DNA of 63,322 bases, filler included, from Circinaria calcarea (taxonomy: Eukaryota), in the NCBI GenBank assembly GCA_051942165.1. It is 44 parts of 44 records of this genome, joined end to end, with 100 filler letters (N's around TTAATTAATTAA, not from the genome) between each part and the next. Parts side by side here need not be neighbours in the genome. Positions count along the whole stretch, not along the records: positions 51,982 to 53,314 come from JAVECS010004885.1; positions 53,415 to 54,745 come from JAVECS010004886.1; positions 54,846 to 56,175 come from JAVECS010004887.1; positions 56,276 to 57,605 come from JAVECS010004888.1; positions 57,706 to 59,035 come from JAVECS010004889.1; positions 59,136 to 60,465 come from JAVECS010004890.1; positions 60,566 to 61,894 come from JAVECS010004891.1; positions 61,995 to 63,322 come from JAVECS010004892.1; 36 more parts are not named here. One strand, given 5' to 3'. Positions 53,113-63,322 of the stretch are shown here, piece after piece. The notes below the pieces were generated by a model. It was given only the letters and a program-made list of their open reading frames with translations. It ran no database searches and was not told the DNA's origin. The stretch's first letter is position 1. The number at the start of each line of letters is the position of its first letter. A program made the translations under genes and the position numbers.

Positions 53113-54845
53113 TTCCTCGTCAGTAGCCGCACCCTGGAGGTGCTCGTCAAATTTTTGAAAACCCCTTCCTCCAAATTTTTGGAACTTTTTGAGTGGCATG
53201 GTCTTACACTTCCACCTTGCTCATTCTCTCTTTTTTGCCCTGCGAGTCTCATGCGTCCTCGTCGCGCAGGGTGTGAAGTACCCTACATGGGGAAAACTAA
53301 AGGAGACATTCGACNNNNNNNNNNNNNNNNNNNNNNNNNNNNNNNNNNNNNNNNNNNNTTAATTAATTAANNNNNNNNNNNNNNNNNNNNNNNNNNNNNN
53401 NNNNNNNNNNNNNNGGCCCCTCTTCTTTTCCGACCCGATAATAAACACAATTGTCAAGCCGTGCTCTCCCCATCCGAGCTTTTTCGAATGAAGGACCACA
53501 AAAGCGCTCTCATGCGGAAATTTGGGGGGGGGGGTTTCTCCAGGAGCAAGGGAGGTGGGAAGTAGCTCTAAAGAAGGAAGGAGGAAAACCCGACCCTACG
53601 TCCCGATGGATCTATAAAACCAAAAGGCAGAGAGGCGGGAATTACAAACGATCCCTCCTATCCCACCTCTCGGGCCCTCTCTCTTCCCATTCCTTGATCT
53701 TTTTTTATTTTCCAAATGATTGAAGGCCTGTACCACCGCCTTTTCCCTTACCCCTCCCCCGCCCAACCATTCCCACTCTCTGTTACCCTTCTCCTCGTTC
53801 CCTTCGTCTAGCAAATCTCGAAATTCGAAACCTGAAACCGGGAACTTGAAACCCTACCTCCTCCTCACCTTAGCATATTTCTAGAGGAAGCAATTGAGCC
53901 ATCAAATTTTCCCTGTTCCCCTGTTTCCTTTGTTTTCCTTTGTTTTCCTTTGGGGGGGGAGGCATATAGTGGCAAAGCGGCGCATTTAGCGCCGAGTGCG
54001 GGATAACCCCCTAGTTATTTTCTCTGTGGTTTTAAACCCCCTAACCCCACCTCACCCAACCAAAAAAAGGAGGGACAGCAGAAGGAGGATGGAAGCAGGG
54101 AGGAGGGAGGGGGGACGGGAGGTGGTGACGCTTTCGTCTCCGTCTCCCGTCTTCGTTTTCGGTTTCGTTTATCGATACCCCACGGGCCCAAAGGAGGATA
54201 CGGTTCGACTCTTGTTGAAAGTGCAGAGGGCGCGCTTACCGAGTCACGTGTTACCTACGGGTAATCCGTAGTCTAATGCTCCACACTCTCCACACACACC
54301 TCTCTACCAGCGATTTTTCTTTCGTATGCTAGCTTTAGATCGTTTACACACTCATATAGCAAAATACATGCCATTTACTCAATGCCCTTATTGTTTTTTT
54401 CGAAATCGGAAAAAATCGAAAGAATAGGGGGGGGGGCTGCAAGTCTCTCTCCTCTCCCCCCTTTTTTTTCTTTCTACTCTTTTCTTTCTACTTTTTTAAT
54501 CTTTCACTGCGTTTCCTCCCGTCTTCATCATCAATACTCAATACCCCATAGGTCAGGTGGAGAAGATGGATCCCATTCGGGGTTTAAACTCTGACTCCGA
54601 AAAAACCGGAAGTAAGAAAAGGGGGGATGGAATGGGAATGGGAATGGGAATGGGGGATGAAAACGGAGGATGGGAGGTCATTTTATGAATTAGTCAGGGA
54701 AGAGTGAGTGAGTGAGACGAGGGGATAAGGGATAGGGGATAAGGGNNNNNNNNNNNNNNNNNNNNNNNNNNNNNNNNNNNNNNNNNNNNTTAATTAATTA
54801 ANNNNNNNNNNNNNNNNNNNNNNNNNNNNNNNNNNNNNNNNNNNN

Positions 54846-56028
54846 GTATACGACTGGGCCCAAAGTATGGTTCCACAACTTAGGCAATAGTATCAAGTCC
54901 TTTGGGAATCTTGAAATGCCGAGGGGTACTTTCGAATAAGCCTGTGCCGCTGCAAAGACCGGTGGATCCCTGTGCTCGTTTTCGTAGTAAATATAGCTTG
55001 TCGCTGCTGGGCCTGCTTCTGAAAAGTAGTAGATGCTAATCCAGGTCAATATCTCGTCGTCAGTCCACTTATAGTTGTCTACCCAGTCGTGGAGCTTCTC
55101 GTAGATCCATGCCAGCAAGCCAACAGGGCTATCCGTCATGAAATAGCCGACGGTCTGAGGCTTTGTGGCTTGCTGTCGGTAGTAACCATTGCCTTCCTTC
55201 GAAAACCACTCGCAACGTCCAAAGCCAGCTTTCTCTGTATCACTCAATGGTGTAGTTTGGACCTTCGCGTAAAGTGCAGGATTAGCAGCAGCAGTCGGCT
55301 CAGCAGGTGCGACATTGTTGACATGGTGTGCTTTGACGTGCTCCGGTCCGTAATTCAAGGCCAGGAACCGAGCGACGACATAGCCCAAGTCCCCACCTTG
55401 AACGGCTGAAGAGCATCATTAGCCGCATCCTCTCGAAGCAGACATCGCGATACTCACCATATTCATTATACCCTAGAGCTAGCATTAGCTTATGGTATGC
55501 TTCAGCATGCTGGTCGACGTTGAAAGCTTTCTTTATAATTGTCAGCGTTTGACGATTGATCTGGTATCCAACGCTCACCTTTGTGCTCGCAGAGGAAAAG
55601 CCAAAGTCAATTAAGCTTGGTGCCACGACATGAAATGCAGGAAAGTCTTTCCCTCCTTTGATTAATTCGGGCAGAATCTTGGTGACCTCAATGAAGCTAC
55701 CTGGCCAGCCATGAACGAAGAGAAGAGGGATGGCATTTGTGACTGTGCTTGGCTGATGGACGAAGTGGACATCGTATGTGTCGTAGCCATCTACCTCGAT
55801 CTTTGCTGTGTATTGAGGAAGCTCATTCAACTTCGCTTCGACCGCACGCCAGTCGAATCCATTGTCCCAATAGAGAACGAGCCTTTTTATGTCGGATAAT
55901 GGTGACCCACGAGACCATGGCTCAGCATCAATAACTTCGTTAGGAAAATCTGTCAGAGCAAGCTTCTGCTTCAAGCGCTTGATTCTGTGGTCGGGGACGG
56001 CGATTTTGAAGGAGGTGATCGAAGACAT
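54846..56028 (-). CDS. Microsomal epoxide hydrolase (EHN domain + alpha/beta hydrolase), 3' truncated, 2 introns
   Basis: YWDNGFDWRAVEAKLN, PLLFVHGWPGSFIE, FHVVAPSL, QGGDLG, DSPVGLLAWIYEKL. Confidence 0.93.
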
Positions 56029-56275
56029 GGTGAGGTGGGATGTTTGAAGCTTGACTTTGGTTTGTTGTGTAAAATGAAAGCTGGAGAAGTGAAGTTACCT
56101 TGAAAAAACGGAAAGTTCAGGACGCAGTTAATTAATATAAGCTCGTTCAGTTTTAGGCAGACGTCCGACTATATCNNNNNNNNNNNNNNNNNNNNNNNNN
56201 NNNNNNNNNNNNNNNNNNNTTAATTAATTAANNNNNNNNNNNNNNNNNNNNNNNNNNNNNNNNNNNNNNNNNNNN

Positions 56276-57009
56276 ATAGTACACAGATATCAGCTAGCAT
56301 GAACTTACATTGCTAGATAGCCTAAGCCACTGAAGGCGAAGCTACTATGACCACTCGGAAAGCTCCTCCAGCCATCGTGCAAAACATGATGATCAGTCTC
56401 AGTGCACACCGTAAAATTCACCAGCTCATGCTCTGGTGTGCCGTTCGCTGGTTTGCAGCGGTCAATCAGGTCAGGTCTGGGTCGTCCGACCGAGTTCTTG
56501 ACGACATCGGTGAGGAAGGATGTTAGGATGAGACTGATAAAGAGGCCTAGGATCGTCACATGTATCTTGTGACCACCGGGCTTGGAGATAAGAGACCACA
56601 GGATCATGACCAGGAGCGGGATACCGCCAGCATATCCAAACAGCCAACCTGAAAGCTTCAATTAGCCATGTTCCCTGTCTGTCTCAATTTGTCGTCCAGA
56701 CAATGGAGCGCTCACTAACAGGAACCCGCTCCACTTGGGCGTAGGGGAACTGAATTGCAAGATCGTCGAGTGAGAACATTCGGTGGAAGGGCTCCATCAA
56801 CAGTTGCAACTAAGGCCCGTAAAGATGAGTAAAGTATGGATCAAACGAGGCAGTCTTTTCTGACCAGAATATATGCCGTCAGAAGCAATGCGAAGCCAGC
56901 GTAGTCTGCCGCATAAGATCTCTAAACGGATATCAACACAGTTCATGTCAGACTTCTCATGCCAAATTACTCACCTGCCAAAACCGAGAGACTGCACCCC
57001 AGACATCAT
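56276..57009 (-). CDS. PAP2-family lipid phosphate phosphatase (Dpp1-like), several exons, 3' truncated
   Basis: PFHRMFSLDD, KNSVGRPRPDLIDRCKP, DGWRSFPSGHSS. Confidence 0.9.
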
Positions 57010-57321
57010 GCTGTTGGAGCTTCCGGCCTCTGCTTGCTGAAGCTGACTGAAGCGGCATCGTGAGCAGGAAGCGAGGTCGCACGGGTGAGAGTTTACTCTG
57101 ATGTAGCAGTCTATTATCGCGGGAGGCCGCCAACCGGCCTCACTTCCGCCCTTCGAAACTATCACTCCATATTGGCGACTTCCCCGGAAAGTCCCTGTCG
57201 ATCAGGGTTTGCGCTAATGAAGCTACCCCAGACCTGACGTTTTACGTGTGCCGAGCGCATCGTCAATATGTTTTAATGCGTGAGCCATTGAATTGAGTAT
57301 CTTCCACACCCTCCAATCCCA

Positions 57322-57605
57322 ATGGCAGAACACCAAGCCGCCGGTGCAATCAGCGCTGCATTTCCAGCCCCGCCGCCATTCTACAAAGATTTCACCGAAC
57401 AAAACCTAGAACACCTCGCCCGACTGCAAGAAAGCCGCTCTACAGCCCAAGGAACCCCCTCATCCTCGACACCCAAGCCGCTCGCCTATGAGGACCTTCT
57501 CCATCTACCCGCAGAGCTTCGCGGCTCCCTCGTCCATCTTATTCCCCCACCTCCCCCCCCCGACACCTACCGCAGCTTTGGCCAAACTCTTAAAGTGAGT
57601 AGCGG
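57322..57605 (+). CDS. MED7: Mediator subunit 7, 5' fragment
   Basis: SAAFPAPPPFYKDFTEQNL..LIPPPPPPDTYRSFG. Confidence 0.88.
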
Positions 57606-59425
57606 NNNNNNNNNNNNNNNNNNNNNNNNNNNNNNNNNNNNNNNNNNNNTTAATTAATTAANNNNNNNNNNNNNNNNNNNNNNNNNNNNNNNNNNNNNNN
57701 NNNNNAGACAGTCTTTTCCTTTTCTCATTCTCCCCCGCAGCCCCAGCCCCAGCCGCAGCCGTATCGTACGGGTGGCTGGTGGCCGGTGGCTGGTGGTTTT
57801 CCCTCCTCTTCCTCCTCTCTCTCGAGGCGGAGTCGTCAAGAAAAGCCCATTTATTATGTTGTGTTGTGTTGGATGGTGTAAAAAAAAAAAAAGAAAAAAA
57901 GAAAAAAGAAAGAAAGACACGAGGGTTTTTAAACTATTTCCCATTCCCAATTCCCAATTCCCAGAAACAAAGAGGGAAAAAGGGAACAGGAAAAAAAGGA
58001 ACAGGAAAAAAGAAAGAACAACCCAAGACGACGGGAAACTATGGGGGTTTGGATTTGAATTCGAATTCGATCCGTTGGATTTGGATCCGTTGAATTGGAT
58101 TAAAAAAAGGGCAGAACACAAGCAGAAATTTTCAACATCGTCCTCATGTACGAGTTTAGTTTATACATATATTCTATTCTACTCAAAGACGGGTTTCCAA
58201 ATAAAAACGACTACGACTACGACTACGACATGGATTCAAGCACGCATGACCCGTCAAAAACCGGCTGGGTTGTCTCCAGGACTTGTATGTATGTATGTAG
58301 GGAGAAAGAAAGACTACACACGAACCCGCTAAAGCGCATTACATTGGCAAAGCCCGTTCAATGACATCAGTTCCGGTATGTTTACCAAAGGAACAAAGGA
58401 TCAAAGCCACAGCCATGCTCAGCGTTCAATTTAAAGAGGGGGTTAGAGTAAGATACAAATTAATCCTTTCCTTCGTCAAAGGACGACACCTCATAACCCA
58501 AAGCGGATAGATTTTGGTTGGCCAGTGACAATGTATGCAATCCTCCTTGCTTCTCATGAATACAGCCGGAAAAAAAAATGCAGGCAGAAGGGTATAATAA
58601 CATGTATCCATAGAAATTGAAAGGAGACAACGACCCTGACATCGCTACCTCCGGCTCAATAAAACCAAAGCCGCTAGATTGAATCCAGACACCTGCTGGG
58701 TCGTCTCAGCCACGTACGCGGAAAGAAGGGCATCTTGCTTGTAGCTTTATTCTAGTCGACGGGTTTTCTGTCCGGAGACTATATTAGTCTTCTTATCGAC
58801 AAATGGAACAATACCCATTGCACTTACAGTGGTTGCAGCAGCAGCCGCCGCCGCAGCAAAGTCCGTCTTGCCACTTGCAGTTCTGCTCGTCCCCAGATTA
58901 CCCAACCTTGGCAACGAAGAGGATGGACCAAGTCCGTTGCCAGTCGGCACTCGCTTAACCCCTACACTACTTTGAAGCCCATTAATGGTTGAGTGCCTCT
59001 TTGGCGCTGCTTTGATCGGAGAGCCGTTATTCTGCNNNNNNNNNNNNNNNNNNNNNNNNNNNNNNNNNNNNNNNNNNNNTTAATTAATTAANNNNNNNNN
59101 NNNNNNNNNNNNNNNNNNNNNNNNNNNNNNNNNNNCCCCTCTGCTCTGGTAACCTCCCCTATTTAGTATCCCGTCCCGTCTCGTCCTGTCCTTCGGTTCC
59201 GTCCTAATCGTCCCACAGTCCTTTCCAAGGCCTTGATCTCTCATAGTTTTCTTTTTCTCCCTTCTGTTTTTAAATATTTTTTTCCAACTTCTCATATCGG
59301 TTTAGTTGAGCAATAAGTTGGGTGAAAAACATGCAAATTTACTGTTTTTCTATTTTACCCCATCTTCCCTATAGCTAAGCAAAATAAATATTCCTTCATT
59401 TCCCCCAAACCAAAAACTCGCTCGC

Positions 59426-59804
59426 TGTAAGGGCGCTGCAATCCTTGGGGCCTATTGAGGAATATGATAAGTCCCGATTGGTAATAGCACGGTTACATAG
59501 GGCGTAGTTGAACTGTTGCCCTAGGCTTAATACAAAAGGAGTATATTAAACTCGTTATGGTTCTATAAGCATACTATTCTAAAGAACGAGGATAGCCTGC
59601 TATATATAACATTTATACTTATCCTGCTCACCTATGCTCATTACCTATAAGTATATTAAGCACCATGAGTACTGGTCTCTTACTCACCCGGCTTATCTAG
59701 GTCTATTACATATAAACACACTGAGCACGGTGTTCTAAATTAATCCGTCCCGACCCTAACTCCGTTCTGGGTCTAATACATACTATAGTGCTAGCGCTAT
59801 AATA
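59426..59804. mobile_element. LTR, family B (AT-shifted copy)
   Basis: TGTAAGGGCGCTGC... near-identical to 61003 onward over about 185 bp; ends GCGCTATAATA versus GCGCCATAACA in the other full copy. Confidence 0.78.
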
Positions 59805-60330
59805 AATAAAATGGAATGATAACGAAAGTTAAGGGGGAGGAAAAAAATTTTTGGGAGAAAAGGGGGGGAATGGGGATGTGAGGGCTCTACCCGAGAACCC
59901 CTATGAACCCTACGGGTGAACTATATACCGAGGTCACGAGGTGTTGGCTTAGCGAGAAAGGTTTTCTTCGCGAAACATTACACCAGGATTCTTTGACAAT
60001 AATTCATACGCTATGCGAACCCATTGAGCTCATTATCACACAATTTACCGACCCTTATTCGTAAGGTCATCATACTATTCGTAGGAGATCCTTACAGGGG
60101 GTCCACGTACACTTTGAACTCGAAAAATAATATCCCCCTTCCCCTCCCTTCACAGCCCACCAAGCAAGCAAGCATACAGCTATCCCCCAAATACCCAAAT
60201 GCATCGAGTTGCCCCCCCGATGGCGAAATTTTCTTATATGGGTATGGTAACGGGGAACCGAAACGGAAGGAACGGAAGGAACGGAAGGGGGAACTAGCTT
60301 AAACCGAGAGAGAAATGGGGAATGGGAAAT

Positions 60331-60465
60331 GAGAATTGAGAATTGAGAATTGAGAATTGAGAATTGAGAATTGAGAATTGAGAATTGAGAATTGAGAATT
60401 GAGAATTGAGAATTGAGAATTGAGAATTGAGAATTGAGAATTGAGAATTGAGAATTGAGAATTGA
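60331..60465. repeat. (GAGAATT)n perfect heptamer array, about 19 copies, runs off the contig end
   Basis: Directly visible. Confidence 0.95.
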
Positions 60466-60565
60466 NNNNNNNNNNNNNNNNNNNNNNNNNNNNNNNNNNN
60501 NNNNNNNNNTTAATTAATTAANNNNNNNNNNNNNNNNNNNNNNNNNNNNNNNNNNNNNNNNNNNN

Positions 60566-60742
60566 ATGCTATTCTAAAGAGCGGGAATAGCCTGCTATAT
60601 ATAACACCCTGCTCACCCTGCTCACTCTGCTCATCTCCCTGAGCACCATGAGCACACTGAGCACCTCGGTGGTGTAGGTTCCTCCGGCCCGCGGTCCTTC
60701 CCGACCCGGTCTAGCGCATGTCATGGCGGGCACGCCATAACA
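60566..60742. mobile_element. LTR family B, 3' portion
   Basis: atgctattctaaagagcgggaatagcctgctatatata identical to the 61003 copy; ends CGCCATAACA. Confidence 0.78.
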
Positions 60743-61002
60743 CCCCCCCCCCCGAAAAAGCAGTTTCTGGGGAAATTTATAACCCCTCTATAGTAGTGGG
60801 TTGGAACCCTTTTAAAAAGAATTAACATAAATGCATTTTAAATCTAAATTTTTTAATAAACGAGCCTGGGAATGGAATTTACAATTATTGCTGAAATTAG
60901 TTAGAATAGCTTAAGGCTATATTATATAAATATATGTATGCATGCATAAATGTGGTGCCGTTGTGCAAAGCAAACATTATTTAAAACAGACGACTAACTG
61001 CT

Positions 61003-61372
61003 TGTAAGGGCGCTGCAATCCTTGGGGCCTATTGAGGAATATAATAAGTCCCGATTGGTACTAGCACGGTTACATAGGGTGTAGTTGAACTGTTGCCCTA
61101 GGTTCAAAATCAAGAAGTAATATTGAACACGGTCTATAAGCATGCTATTCTAAAGAGCGGGAATAGCCTGCTATATATATTAGGTCTGCTCACCTTGCTC
61201 TTCCTGCTCATCCCCCATGAGCACGCTGAGCACCATGAGCAGAACCCTCTGCTCACCTTGCTCGCCTATGCCAAGCATACTGAGCACACTGAGCACCGGC
61301 CGCGGGTTCCGCCGCTCCGGGATTTAGTCCTCATTAGGCCCTAGCTTATGCTATGGTGTTGGCGCCATAACA
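61003..61372. mobile_element. Solo LTR, family B, with 5-bp target-site duplication CTGCT
   Basis: ctgct|TGTAAGGGCG...CGCCATAACA|ctgct. Confidence 0.88.
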
Positions 61373-61459
61373 CTGCTCTTAAGTAGGTAGGTAATCTTCT
61401 TATTATATTAATATTTATCACAAACCAAAACAGCTCTGAAACAATATCTCACTGCGGAT

Positions 61460-61567
61460 AAAAAGAAAAAAAGAAAAAAAGAAAAAAAGAAAAAAAGAAA
61501 AAAAGAAAAAAAGAAAAAAAGAAAAAAAGAAAAAAAGAAAAAAAGAAAAAAAAAAAAAAGAAAAAAA
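61460..61567. repeat. (GAAAAAAA)n octamer tract followed by very AT-rich DNA
   Basis: Directly visible. Confidence 0.9.
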
Positions 61568-62129
61568 TTTATAAATATATAAAACGAAGCTAATTCAAAT
61601 TCAAATTTCGTAAAGAAATATTTTTTTATATATATTTTATTCTAATTTAAAAAAATTACGCGTTATTATTATATAGAAATCCCGGCGGAGTATTATAATA
61701 ACGTAACCCGTAGAATTATATTAAAAAATATAAATAATACGCGTGCTAAAAATATTTCTAATATTAAATATATTAAATATATTAAACGTGGTTACGTCCA
61801 CGATATTTATTATATCCACCCCTTTTAAAAAGGTTCGTATAACCTCGGAAAGATTTATATAATTTTAATTTTTTCCGTATTATTTAATTTATATNNNNNN
61901 NNNNNNNNNNNNNNNNNNNNNNNNNNNNNNNNNNNNNNTTAATTAATTAANNNNNNNNNNNNNNNNNNNNNNNNNNNNNNNNNNNNNNNNNNNNGTGCAT
62001 GGCCTTGGGGACATAGAATTAGAGTCCTCTGACGTGCGTACCGTGGAGGTGCTCCATGCGTTTGAGGCACTTAGGGCTCGATCGAACATGCAGGAAACTA
62101 TCACCCTGTAGGCAAGGCGGGCCTGGCTG

Positions 62130-62396
62130 TAGGGCCTCACCCAACATTGCTGCTGTGAGCCGCAAAGTAGCACGGGGTAGCTTGTCAAAATCGGTTGCAA
62201 CGTCGTGGGTCCAGAGGATCACAGAGATGAAATCCGTCTTGGTAGGTTTTAGACCCGCTCCCGCTGGCGTCTCAGAATGACCACAACGACCCATATAAGA
62301 CCTGGAAAGTGTCTCACGCAATTGTCCTGCTGGAGTATGCCCCACCAAGACGCCGCTACTTTGCGGCTCACAGCAGCGATGTTGGGTGAAGCCCTA
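62130..62396. mobile_element. MITE-like / non-autonomous IS-derived element with 42-bp inverted repeats (including terminal TA)
   Basis: 62130-62171 TAGGGCCTCACCCAACATTGCTGCTGTGAGCCGCAAAGTAGC matches the reverse complement of 62355-62396 at 40 of 42 positions; no transposase inside. Confidence 0.65.
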
Positions 62397-62416
62397 AAAG
62401 GTGCCTGATCGGGCAC
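62397..62416 (-). terminator. Possible intrinsic terminator of the HNH gene
   Basis: Minus strand GTGCC-CGATCA-GGCAC followed by CTTTT, 15 nt after the stop codon. Confidence 0.45.
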
Positions 62417-62431
62417 GGCAATCCTCGGCGA

Positions 62432-63136
62432 TCAGCCGCACACGCGACGCTGCCTTATCCATTGAGCGAAGGTGAAATCTCCTTCCTCTTGAAGCAACCC
62501 GTCTCTGGCCTTAGTAGTATCTGCCGCGTCGATCATCCGCGATCCGACTTTATATGAAGCGCCCAGAATTACAGTGAAGCATTCCTCATTGGTATATTTA
62601 GCCGGTGCCGTCAAATACCCTTCCTCGTCATGGTATGACCAAGATCCGCTTCCTGTTTTGATAACAAGAGGGCCAGCCTTACGCACGAGCGAAACATCCA
62701 AGGCCCAATGCCATTCGGCTCTTGCAATGCCTAACTTGTCCTGCTGATTGGCATAACGCATGTAGTCAGGCTCGGCCCATCCGTTGAAATCCATCAAGCG
62801 TCGCTTGACGGTTGGAAACGTGCCGATAATCCGAGCACGGCCAAGATGAAACATGCTGTGACAGTCACTGCATAAAACTGCCAACGCCAGAAGTCGCTGA
62901 ACACCAACCGTGCCTTTGGGTGCCTTGGGCGGCGGCATCGAGTAGGCCCACACTTCATGGCAATCCAATGAGCTACTCTGTGCTGCAAGACAAATTTGAC
63001 AACCTCCAGCCCATCGTATCATTGGATGTCGAATGCTGTCCCAAGACGGTTTGGCCAGTAGGTTAGAAAGGCTTGATCCCCAACTTGTTATCGGGATCAA
63101 GTCGGGCCAAATGATGGGCAAACCTTCTGGCCTCAT
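62432..63136 (-). CDS. HNH-type zinc-binding endonuclease-family protein, prokaryote/virus-like
   Basis: Intronless 234 aa: DLIPITSWGSSL, WDSIR, CQIC, LDCHEVW, VQRL, LCSDCHSMFHLG, RLMDFNGW, WALDVS. Confidence 0.78.
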   Translation of the reverse strand: MRPEGLPIIWPDLIPITSWGSSLSNLLAKPSWDSIRHPMIRWAGGCQICLAAQSSSLDCHEVWAYSMPPPKAPKGTVGVQRLLALAVLCSDCHSMFHLGRARIIGTFPTVKRRLMDFNGWAEPDYMRYANQQDKLGIARAEWHWALDVSLVRKAGPLVIKTGSGSWSYHDEEGYLTAPAKYTNEECFTVILGASYKVGSRMIDAADTTKARDGLLQEEGDFTFAQWIRQRRVCG

Positions 63137-63140
63137 GAAA

Positions 63141-63146
63141 CCTCCC
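63141..63146 (-). promoter_or_regulatory. Shine-Dalgarno-like site
   Basis: GAGGGAGG-TTTC-ATG directly before the HNH start codon. Confidence 0.65.
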
Positions 63147-63322
63147 TCTATCAGACTTTCGCCTTCCGCTTTTTAGATGGGACGGACAGTGCCGCTGTGG
63201 ATACCCAGGTTTGCTGTGAACTTGGCACTCGGACGCCCTTGTGTAGGTCTACTGCTCCACTGCTACGCAGACCCCGCTCCCTACCTGATCCTCACGAGGC
63301 ACGCTCAATCCGGCCGTTGCTG

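Noticed and set aside
58747..59035. Minus-strand ORF with a poly-Ala run
   Set aside because: It may be a disordered C-terminal tail, but there is no recognisable motif to support a call
59423..59610. Fungal SRP RNA (starts CGCTGTAAGGGC, similar to the Alu motif)
   Set aside because: No helix-8 motif; homology between copies starts at TG and one copy has a target-site duplication, so it is an LTR
60331..60465. Telomeric repeat
   Set aside because: GAGAATT is unlike the TTAGGG repeat of filamentous ascomycetes; contigs commonly break at any microsatellite
62432..63136. IscB/HEARO or Cas9-like nuclease
   Set aside because: Only 234 aa, no PLMP N-terminus, no recognisable RuvC motifs or bridge helix, and no CRISPR array

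Overview
This window is not contiguous DNA. It is 44 short contigs (about 1353 down to 1328 bp, sorted by decreasing length) joined by an artificial 100-nt spacer (44 N + TTAATTAATTAA + 44 N), so neighbours across spacers mean nothing biologically. Most pieces are intron-containing nuclear gene fragments from filamentous ascomycete(s): COX5, RVB1, CYS4, PKA catalytic subunit, MED7, TTI1, ULA1, Cdc15/Imp2, ZRG17-like transporter, PTH11-like receptors, a hydrophobin, epoxide hydrolase and others. About a quarter are non-coding, homopolymer- and microsatellite-rich. The window also contains (i) mitochondrial nad5 (code 4) with the 3' end of a group I intron, (ii) two solo-LTR families, each with one copy flanked by a perfect 5-bp target-site duplication, (iii) a polyketide synthase KS domain destroyed by RIP-type mutations, and (iv) a bacterial-looking last contig with an HNH-type nuclease gene followed by a terminator and a 267-bp element with TA-ended inverted repeats. 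The most intriguing leads are that HNH/inverted-repeat locus, a small Cys-rich gene whose introns share an identical 16-nt motif, the RIP-killed PKS and a hydrophobin with atypical cysteine spacing. All family assignments are from motif recognition by eye, not database searches.
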